Positions 1 through 10,700 of a stretch of DNA of 64,000 nt are shown piece by piece (position 1 is the first letter of the stretch; each line of letters begins with the position of its first letter). A program made the translations under genes and the position numbers. The notes beneath the pieces are model-generated. The model had not been told where the DNA came from. It did no database searches and saw only the letters and a list, made by a program, of their open reading frames with translations. Source of the stretch: Asterias rubens (taxonomy: Eukaryota); NCBI RefSeq assembly GCF_902459465.1, contig NC_047072.1:6138001-6202000 (forward strand), given 5' to 3'.

Positions 1-189
1 CAACGTTACTAGGCTTTCTACGCTTACAAGGCTAGCGCAGAAATTCGGCGCTTGCACAGAAGCGGGGAATCGTGATCGTAAGCATGGAATTCGGCGGTAA
101 GCAGAGCCATGAAATTGGGCCCTGGTCTGACACTACAATCACCAGCCTCTGGTGAGCTTGGCTTCAAGTGAAACTAGGTTTCACTTACG

Positions 190-221
<32 letters not shown>

Positions 222-400
222 TTGCACTGTATCCTGCAGGACGTTGGCTCCATGAATTTTCTTTCTCCACTCTTGCCTATCTTCTCGCCTCTTCAATGTT
301 CCGGGTAGAAGGTGCTGTTCGTGATAATGTCATTTTCCCACCTCTTCCGAGGCCTACCCCGTCTATTTTTTCCAGTTACTGTTTCAAGTAGGATGCATTT
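190..400 (-). mobile_element. 3' end of an RTE-type non-LTR retrotransposon with (ATTG)n tail
   Basis: The minus strand encodes GKNRRGRPRKRWENDI, typical of LINE ORF2 C-termini, and ends in an ATTG microsatellite. Confidence 0.65.
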
Positions 401-776
401 TGGGAGTCTGTTCTTACGAATGGCAATTCTAAACAATTTAATCATTAATAAACAGTCATTGGTTGCGAGCTCAGGCCGCAGCTTTCCGCCACTTCGGGCT
501 CAAAAAATTACATTTGTGTTAACTACTTATAAAGGCCCTTTTCGAAACCATGGCTTCGGCTTTGGATTTGGCTTGTTGAGGCTCCGTTGTCTTGTCTGAA
601 GCCCTGAGCGCGTACGCCCAAAGCCTGCGCACTTGTCAAAACAACTGAGCTGAAACTGAATCCAATGCCAAATCCGATCATTTCGAAAAGGGGCAAAAAG
701 ATATTTTTGATCATAAATTGTAGTTTCAAAATGGCTGTGATTTTTCAACAGTAGCCACACTTTAAAGTCAACTCAC

Positions 777-835
777 TTTGGCGGTTCTCGCCTTGCTTTC
801 ATCCACTGGAAACAGTTCGCCATCAGGCTGAACAT
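777..835 (-). CDS. ARL13B: ADP-ribosylation factor-like 13B, first coding exon (MFSLMANCFQWMKARREPP-K); gene continues beyond the left edge
   Basis: Not in the ORF track. The minus-strand exon has acceptor ttgttttcag at 843-844, ATG at 835 and donor GTGAGT at 776. The 59-nt coding part resembles the human ARL13B N-terminus [20 protein letters not shown] and, as I recall, its 59-nt first coding exon. Confidence 0.85.
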
Positions 836-3800
836 TCCCTCCCTGAAAACAAATAACGGACAGAAGAATATCATTATAAAGATGAGTGCTCAAAACTTAA
901 ATTGCAACAATAATAATAATAACCCGTTTTTATATAGCTCTTTTCACAACCGGAGGCTTGAATCACTCCTTTAACCATCTCAGCTCCCTAGTGGGGAGTA
1001 TGCAACCTGTGCAACATTAATATGAACTACTCGGCTATAAATCAATCACAAGAACCATCTCTGCATTCACAGGTACCCATCGACAAATTTGATCTACATG
1101 TACATCCTAATAATTGGAGATATTAAAAGGCACTGGACACTATTGGTAGTTACTCAAAATAATTGTAAGCACTAAAAGTTACTTGATACGAGCAAACAGC
1201 TCCCTCTAACATCTAAAGTAACATTGTTTTTGAGAAAGAGGTAATTTCTCACTCAAATATTAAACAAATTCAGACCTGAAGCCTTTTAACAGACATCTAA
1301 AAGCACACACATTTGTGCAACAAGGATGTTTTATTATTTTTACTATTCTCTTGCAACTTTGATGACCAATTTAGTACAAATTTTCACAAATTTGTTATTT
1401 TATTCATAGAGTGTAGTACACTGAGTGTATGGTGATACACTGAGTGTACATGTATGTTGGGATACACAAAGTGAAATACTAGTCTACGACAAATTACCAA
1501 ACGTGTCCAGCGCGGGGCCTTTAAGTCAGTCAGGAAAACGTTTGCGATAAAAACGTCTACCGACACGAGGTGGTTATGAATTCCAGTACATGTAGAGGGC
1601 AGTCTACAAACAAGATGTTGTTCAATGAAAACTTACAGTCACAGTAAATATCTTGTATTCTTGTCAGAATCCTCAAGGATGATTCTCATATACAGCGTTG
1701 TGGTGAGAACTAAAGATTGAAATCTCACACCGACGACCCAAACTGAAACGATGACTCCCAATGGCCAGCTTCCTAATAATTCTCCTCCCTGGTACAGTAC
1801 CTGTGAATCATAATAATAATAAATAGTAATAATAATAAGACTTGTAGTGCGCACATATCCACCCTGCTGGGTGTTCAAGGCGCAGTCAAACCAAAAACAA
1901 AACAAAGAAAAACAGACACAACAAAATTAGTCCTTGAAAACCTGTGAAGAAAATTTTTGAAAATTAAATCTTAATGAATGACCCTGAGATGATTATGTTT
2001 TGATCTTGAACTTTTCGTTACATTTACACAGCTGCTGGTGACCATGGTGACTGCGTTGATTGATCACACAAGCAGGCCTGGAGTGCGTTTTGGCGGCGGT
2101 AACCAAAAACTGTTTCGGTTGTTGGTCGTTGGTTCTGCTGTTCAGACTGAACGATAACCGAGTTGCGAGCTTTTGGTTATGACGTCAGAAACAATTATTG
2201 GTTACAGCCGCCAAAACGCACCCCCTGATACTTCAGGAAGGCAACAAAGGCGATTGCCTCCATGCCCCAGGGTCGTTGCCTTGGTGCCCTTGGAATTTCC
2301 CTAGTAGAAATTTAAAATTTCTGCATAGGTTGCCCTTTACCAAGGAGAAAAATTCAAAGGTGCCCTTTCAAAAACTAAGCATGCAGGACCATTCCAGCAT
2401 GAAGGATGGATTTTTATAATAAAACAAAAAGGTTTTGTTCAAAGGCCATTCTAACAAACTCTAATTAACACCTTGAATACATTGATTAACAACAAAATAA
2501 GACAACAGGCCCGATACCTCACGAAGGCAACAAAGGCGTTTGCCTCCATGCCCTCTGTTCATTGCCTTACTGCCCTTGAAATACTACAGTGAAAATGTAC
2601 AATTTCCTCATAGGTTGCCCTTTACCGAGGAGAAAATGCCTTGGTGCCCCTGCCCTTCCAAAAACAAAGCATACAGGATGCCCTGTGACAACTTCCTGAT
2701 CAATGTGAATAAAACTTTGTGAGACTTTACATGCAATACCAAAAGTTTTGAACTTCTATAACTCACCTGCTACTCAAGTTTTGTCACAGCTCTCCATTGC
2801 TAATGTAAAGTACGTCAACCTGAAAACCAGATGAGAAGAACTATAAAAACAATGCTTGTAGATGCAGTACATGTACTTTACCTAGAATGTTTAAAAACCA
2901 AGTTTCAATTGCAGGGTTGCAGCGAGACCAATTTCAGTGGTGGGCAATGAATCAAATTTCACCAAAGGCGAGCGGTTAACAAAATTATTTTGTTTTGAAC
3001 AGCTTTATGATGCACAGTGTTGAATTAGTGGTGAATAATAAATTCCTTATGAAATTAACTAGTTAATTGAAATTCGCTTGGTCGTATAAATAACTCTTGC
3101 AGCTAGTGCTAGTGACTGCCTTGTTTGGCCACTCAACTCAAGCATGTATACACAATTGCATTCTTCAAAAGAAAACTCTCTTCGAAAAAGAAAACTTTGA
3201 CAAATATCTGCAACTGAAGATATTGAACTTTGAGCAAAATGATTTGTGTACATGACCAAAGAAATGGCATTGTTGTTTAGCTGCGATCACCCTCCTGTCC
3301 TCTCGACGGCCACGAGGAGGGTTCTGTTATCGCAAACTAACAACATGCCATACGTGCTTGACATATTTCCAGGATCTTTCTGAATTTGATAAAGGATAAA
3401 GGGATTGCTTTGACTTTGAAATGCAACTTCTGTAATACATGTACATCTATAGCAACATTCATTTTGTTTTTCATTATATATACAAAACTTGTATAAAATA
3501 TAAATTATACATTTTAAAACTTGAATTATCCGATCTCTTTCTTTTCAACAATAATTAAATTTGTACGCTTGGATTGGTCATTTGGTGGGTGAGTATTTAC
3601 CTAGCATGACCGATAATGATAAAATTTCTAAAAAAGGAATACAGCACCCCAGTTACTGGGTCTAATCTAAGGCCAGGGTTCGTTGCAATAACGTAATGCA
3701 CCTCCCGACGGGACGAAGGTTACGTTATCCCAACGAACTAGCCAGGGACCCAAGGGTGACCAACCGGTCCTACTAAAAGCCGACAACAAGTCCAGAGTGC

Positions 3801-3980
3801 CGACAACACGCCAACAACAAGTTCTAAATACATGTACCTCAAAAACAGCAAATAAACCAAAGACTTATTAATTAGAACTATGTGTGCTTTGTAATAAAAA
3901 CAGTTAGGCCCAAGTTATGACAAAACCTCACGACAAGTCTGAATATTTAACCATGAAAAAAAAACTTACACAGAGAGATG

Positions 3981-4169
3981 TCAGACGGACTTCCCACAAC
4001 TCCGACGGAATTCCCACAACAACGACGGAATTCCCACAACAACGACGGAATTCCCACAACTCCGACGGAATTCCCACAACTCCGACGGAATTCCCACAAC
4101 TCCGACGGAATTCCCACAACTCCGACGGAATTCCCACAACTCCGACGGACTTCCCACAACAACGACGGA
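3981..4169. repeat. Minisatellite, 20-bp unit TCCGACGGAATTCCCACAAC, 9 full copies plus a partial
   Basis: Units read directly; variants differ at the first three bases (TCC/AAC/TCA) and at GGAA/GGAC. Confidence 0.97.
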
Positions 4170-5459
4170 GGCTGTCCTCTATAGAACACCGCTGTTCAGA
4201 GCTCTACATCGAGTGCCAATTAGTTTTGCGCATGCGCGAGATGTTCAGAAAGTCCAACATGAGATGAATTATTCATAGCAGTGACCCCATCGCTGTTTTG
4301 TGCATGTTTCTATGACTTTAACAGCGAGACCGAATGACGTCAACGATGAGTTTTGTTAGACTGTTGTGAGTAAAATTGAATTTCCCTGATATTAAAACAA
4401 TGTTTGTTGTAGAGGAAAATTATTATTTTATCAAATTATTCCGTTTATATAGCAGCAAACCCTCTCTGGAATTATCAAAATCAGTGGGATTCCACCGACG
4501 TTTTTCTGACGCGGCCTACATGTTTCACATACAAACTTAACAAACGCATACACTGCACAATGTTTATACAATGTGCACACGTCACAAAAAGCGCAATTGC
4601 CCAATGCTTGTGTACATTACCCTTGATAAAAATTCTTCACCAGAACGTCGTCATGTGTTACAAAAATAAACAGGGAATTGTTTTCAAAGGGTTTGCTTTC
4701 TCAATTTTGAGTGGAAAACATCAGTTGTTATATATTTCTTACGTGTGAGGTCTATTTCTCAACAAGAAAATTCACATTACGTAGATTTTGAAGGATCAAT
4801 TCGACTCAAAATCCGACCATCGCAACTAACTTCATTGCATATTCATGTTTAGTTTTCCATCTTGGCTTTTAATTGGTCAAAAATCGCGATGACCCCAGAT
4901 CGTTTTCAACGGTTGAAAGGCTATGTTTTGTTTACGATTTTGACTCAAGAGGGCGCTCGTCAACAATTTCCCACATGCGCAAAACTAACTGTCAGCGAGT
5001 AAGCAGCGGTGAGAACACCATACCCGTGACCAACAAGTTGTCAATGACAATGCCATTTTTCTAACTAAACTAAAGAACATTTTTAGCTTAGTTAGCCTTT
5101 TTAATAAGCACGAAAATGTGATTACCGCAAAGCAGCACTAGTGAAATTAGCCCTGGGTTATGGAGTGTGATGGCTGGGAATGGCTTCCAAATTAACTGAC
5201 GTTTATTCAGCAAATAAAATGGTGTAGGCCTAGAATTCAAACAATTGAATTGAAAATGAAAACAAAATAAAAATTAAAATCGTATTCGTAGGTAATTTAT
5301 TTAAAATCTGCTCAGTCCATTTTTGCACTAAAATTAACATTTATTTTGGATTTCAGTAAATATTGACAATATTACCTATCATCAGCTTTACTGCACACAA
5401 ACTAATCTCAAAAAAAATACGAAAAAGAAGATTTTACTTGTAAAACAAAATATCCTTAC

Positions 5460-5600
5460 CACACAGCGGACTTTTTCTGTATAATTTCCAGTTTAGTCAG
5501 TAGAGCAACACAGCGTAAATTAGCACGACGTCGTGTCAGGGAACCATACACGATAAAAATACCAATTAGTCACGTGATATTGTTTTGTTTCCGCAGCAAC
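5460..5600 (-). promoter_or_regulatory. Probable ARL13B promoter and 5' non-coding exon: X-box-like GTTTCCGCAGCAAC (5587-5600), E-box GTCACGTGAT (5569-5578), CCAAT (5562-5566), donor G/GTAAGG at 5459
   Basis: Motifs read directly. The ARL13B coding exon has an acceptor 7 nt upstream of the ATG, so an upstream exon is required. Assigning this donor to it is inference. Confidence 0.45.
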
Positions 5601-5823
5601 ATTTATTATTTTGTTCATGTGATGGGGCGCCCTCTTAAGTTTCAAAAGCAACTCCTGTTTAGAAGTCATTTTATGCTTCAATGGTCGTCTTGTACAACAA
5701 ATCTGGTTAAAGAAGTGTACTAAAAATGCATACTTCTATTCAAAACACCAAGTTTTCCTCAAATTAAAATTTACGTGAAATATTTAATAATATAGAGTGG
5801 CATACCTCTTCAGGTATGTATGG

Positions 5824-5906
5824 AACACGGTGGCCGAGTGGTTAAGGCGTTAGACTTAAGTTCTAATGGACGTAAGTCCTCATGGGTTCGAACCCCATCC
5901 GTGTTA
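5824..5906 (+). tRNA. tRNA-Leu, anticodon TAA, long variable arm
   Basis: Acceptor stem AACACGG/CCGTGTT, A-box TGGCCGAGTGG, anticodon arm TTAGA-CTTAAGT-TCTAA, variable arm GGAC..GTCC, B-box GGTTCGAACC, T-rich terminator a few nt downstream. Confidence 0.96.
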
Positions 5907-7788
5907 GTAATTTTCAAAAATTTTTGAGTTTGATTTTTTTTTTTTTTTTTACACACTTCCTCGGATTACACCAATATTTTCAGCCACTCTTGGTACTTTA
6001 TGTTGGTCCAGGGAATAGAAAATCCTACTTCCGTCCCGTAACTGTATTTAGAAATTTATGTAAAAAGAAAGATTTACTAGAGTGGGATTCAAACAACGGC
6101 CTCCGGATTAAACGTGCCGCATTATCTGTAGGTTGTTGGTTCAAATCCAAACTCTAGTCAATTTTTCTTTGTTCAACCCCAAAAATCATTTAAAACTTTA
6201 ACCAGTCAGTTTCCCTTGTGGTTTATATCAGTTTCTGTGACAAAACCAGTTATTCCAATAGTCCGCGCTAGCCTGCGACCCTTTGGTCAAACTGGTTTAG
6301 CAAACTTGGTTCTTTTGACTTTGAAAATTATAACAGTGCTACAGCAAACAACACTCCTAAAATATTCAACAATTTAACGCAAGAACATCTTCATTAAATG
6401 ACACTTTATTTTTCACAGGTCAGCCCTTCCCTAAAGCTCCATTTTATTTTAAACAAAATTAATGCATTTACAAAATTTCACAGGAATGCATAATTTTACT
6501 ATTTCATTAATAAGTATGATTTGATATCATGTTTCTCATGTATGCTTTACCCAACCTCAACAAATAGCAAGATGATCAACAATGTCTGTGTATGATTTTC
6601 CGTGGAACATTATAGCTCATCGGAGATTACTTCCCAAACTTCCACTCCTTACGTTTGACAAATCCGACATTTCTAACAGCTGCTAGGTTTTGAATCCTAC
6701 TTAATGTAGTTTTTGAAAGTTTTGTTTCATTCAATGAAGTAAATAAGTTAATCAAACTAGTCAGTGAAAACTCTATGGGAGACATTGGAACAATAGGTTT
6801 ATGGAGTTACTTTAGCACAAAAATGAGCTAAGCACACAAAATGTTGCTTACCATAACAAGATTACCATCATAAACACCGTCTGTGACTGGTTTCCTGCAA
6901 TTTTTGCTAAGCAGACAATGACAATTTTCTGCTTAGATCATAAGAAATTCTGTGAAAGCACAAAAAGCAGAGAAGATGAATTTACAAAGACCTTTTCGCA
7001 ATTACCCATTGTGCAAGGTGTTGAATTAGGTGCATGCTGGTCTAGCTAGCGATCAAACTATATGGCTAGCTAGACCAGCATGCACTTCATTCAACTTCTC
7101 TGTCGTCTAACATGTCTAACGCGTGCATATCAAGTATTTGCTATAAGGTCCATGTAAGTCTCCAACCACCAAGTATAAGTAACACTCCGTTTGAAATGCG
7201 TATTGTAAACATAGCTACATGTAAGATAATAAAGTAACACAAACCACTGTCAAATTTGTTGTTGTTTTGTTTACAGGGCCTAAATAAATATAGAACAAGT
7301 GTAGAAAAACTACATTTGATCCTTTTACAATGTTGCTCTGCAGAACAATTTTTTCATTTTTCAAGCACTGCATAATATAGAACAACTATATAACTAGGCC
7401 TAATGGTAACTGAGCCATGACATTGATTTTGATCTCTCGTATTTTCTCTAGCAATTTGTTGGCAATGGGGTCTATTTTGTAAACAAACAATGTCAGAGGT
7501 CAAATTATTGATACAAAAACTCACCTCCTAGCATACATAAAAGACATGTTAGACTCATAACACACAGGGAAGAAAAAAAAATCAACAAGAAAAACATCAC
7601 ATGAACTGTATAAAAAAAGTTTATCGGTCCTGTATTTAAAAAACAAACAAAAAGACATCTAGCAAGTTTTAAAAATGGAAACATAAACCACTAAAAAGAA
7701 CAACTTACAACACAAAGCACTTTTAAGCTTTTTAAGTTTGTATGAAGGTTAGTCCAGAAATTCCTTGAGGTTTAAAATGATTGCGAAT

Positions 7789-10700
7789 CTACTCTTGTTG
7801 GTAACCATTGGCAGTCTCAACGTCACCATATCCTAAGTCTAGCTTTTCCTTCTTGATTTTAACCTCATCCTCATCTTGAGGCACCTCTTCTTCATCGTCA
7901 GGTGGATACGATACCAGGCCAACATCCTCAGCTCCTTCAATCTTAACCTTGACATCTGGTGGCTCCTCGTCTCCATAATCGGTACGATCACGTTCTCGCT
8001 TACGGTCACGTCCGCGGTCCCTGTCACGTCTGTCCCGGTCTCGGTCACGGTCACCACGATCACCACGGTCACGATCCCTGTCGCGATCTCGCCTTCGTCG
8101 GTCACGGTCTTTGTCACGGTCCTTGTCACGGTCTCGTCCGCGGTCCCTGTCGCGATCTCTCTCAATGGCTTCTTGGAGGTCCTTGTCCTGGTCCTTGTCA
8201 TCATTTTCTGCTTCGACGCCTTCTTTTTCAACGTCTCGTTCACCCTCTCGCTCTCGATCACGGTCCCTCCTGCGCCTTTCCCGATCACGGTCCCGATCGC
8301 GGTCCCGATCGCGATCACGATCACGATCGCGATCACGGTCTCGATCACGGTCCCGCTCCCTGCGCTCTCTGTCACGATCCCGATCCCTATCACCCCTATC
8401 TCCTCTGTCTCCCCTATCTCCTCGATCCCCTCTGTCTCCTCGATCCCTTCTTCCGCGGTCCATGTCTCTACTATCTCTATCGACACGCTCCCGGCGGCGC
8501 TCCCTGTCTCGATCATGGCTCCTGCTGCGATCTGGTCGTTCGTGTTGATTTTTGTCTCGATCCTCTTCATCTCTGTTTGAAAACAAATCAAAGATTGGGT
8601 CTGTTGAGCTTATAGCTTCACCCGGCAGGCTTAAATATTTAAGGTGCAGGCTACATAGCTGTTGTGCCTACAGTCACAACGAAAAAGCACTTACATTGGG
8701 TTGCTTTTTGAAAACAAATTATACTTATTTCATGTGAGAGGGGGTGGGCGGAGGTTCACAAAAGGATTGGGGTCCAGTGTTTACACAGATGAAAAGGCAG
8801 AACTAAGTGTCTGGGACATGTGACATTTTTTGTTTGCAATGATATGAGAATGGACGAAAGAGACAAAAAATACTTTGTAAGAGCAAAAAAGAAGGAATTT
8901 GTAACCAGCGTTTTCTGCTGATCAGCTGAGAAGTTGAATGCCCCACTAATTTTTTCCGTTTATAAATATATGTATTATATACTAACCAGGGTTTGCCATT
9001 AACATCTTTAGTGAATTTTAGCATAGAGTTATATATATAAGAACTAGAGGGCGCACTGGCCTATATAAGTGGCCCGACATGCGCGCAGGCGGCCATTTTC
9101 TAAGTTGACAAAACATCATTGCACAGCGTGTGTTTGTGCTGCCATTTTCTAAGTTGACAAAACATTATCGCGTAGCGTTCAATAAACACAAACTCCAGCG
9201 TGTACTTCATATTCAACGCGCGTACAGAATGGCGCATGTGTCTCCTTGCGGCCCCGTCGTGTTTATGCAAGAAGCATCACCAGTGCGCCCTCTAGTTCTT
9301 ATATATAACTCTATGCTTTTTAGTGACTAGCCAGCAGGACCAGTGAGCTTCTTATTTGTCTAGTCCATCAGCTTGTTCTAAATAGTCTGTTTGAACTGAA
9401 TACAGAGATTTTGTTCAACAATGAACTAGTTAGCCAGACCACTTGCAGTTAATTTTTTACTGCTGCTCATGTGTTGTCCTTCGGATGGGAAGTTAAGCCG
9501 TTGTTCCCTGTGTGTTGTGTAATGCACATTAAAGAACCCAGTGCACTTATCTAAAAGAGAAGGGGTTCGCCCTGATGATCCTGGTTTGATTAGTAGCATA
9601 TTGCACCACAGGAGTTTGTTAACCATTACATTACAAAGGAACTGTACATGTTTGGTAATTGTCAAAGACCAGTGTTCTCACTTGGTGTATCCCATCAAAA
9701 GCATAAAATAACAAACCTGTAAAAATTTGGGTTCAATTGGTCATCGAAGTTGCGAGAAAATGACGAAAGAAAAACCACCATTGTCAGACAAATTTGTGTG
9801 CTTTCACATAGGAATAAAAGACTTCTAGCTAGAAATCTTTTAGTATTTTAGTGAGAAATTACCTCTTTTTCAAAATCTACGTTACTTCAGAGGCAGTCGT
9901 TTCCCACAATGTTTTATACTATCAATAGCTCTCCAATGCCCGTTACCAAGTCAGTTTTTAAGTTAATATTTGTTTTGAGTAATTACCAAACGTGTACCCT
10001 CCCTTTAACTGGCATTTGGCCAGTAGAGCACTGTTAACACTGCTAATGCAAATGACTCACCTTGCAGCTGCTGCTTGTGAAGGTTCCTCCCTTCCAGAGT
10101 GACGGACATTGTTTTCAGGGCCACCTCGTCTAGTTCCTCCCAATCCACCACCTACCGATTAAAGAAAAACACACTCATCATTGTCAGACAACACAGACAG
10201 TTGTTTAAGCCAGTGTTTTGGGTCATCATTTGTGATGCGATCCAGAAAAAATTAGTAATTTTCAAAACTTTTTTTCAAAATCAGGCATCTTCTATTTTGA
10301 ATGGTGTTTTGACAACTATCAAAATGGAATTAATCAAGATTGGCTCAAATAACATTTTTGTTGTTGAATATGGCAAAAGTTTGATTTACACTGGTTGCCA
10401 AAGGGAAACATTTCATGTGTTAAATTGGTTGAAGCACATCCACCTTGAGAGATACTGAGAACAAAATGGTTTCCTGTTCAAGAAAAAGATGACTTAAAGG
10501 GTCTATGTACTTTTTCTAGGACAAAAAAACACAAAGTCCACAGATTTACATTAAAATTTACACATTTTGAAGATAATGATATAAGAAAGCTTCCCTGAAA
10601 TTATTACTTGCTGAGGTGCTGTAGTTTTTTAAAAAAACGAGTAAAACAATCGCATAAAAATAATTTACATCTCAGTGAACTTGAGACGAAAAAATTTGTA

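Noticed and set aside
3917-4267. Four repetitive ORFs and a CRISPR-like look
   Set aside because: They come from a head-to-tail 20-bp minisatellite; there are no unique spacers or cas genes, and the context is eukaryotic.
7839-8615. Long overlapping ORFs, including an SR-protein-like ORF at 8111-8548 (+)
   Set aside because: They are alternate-frame and antisense shadows of the RD-repeat codons in the last U1-70K exon.
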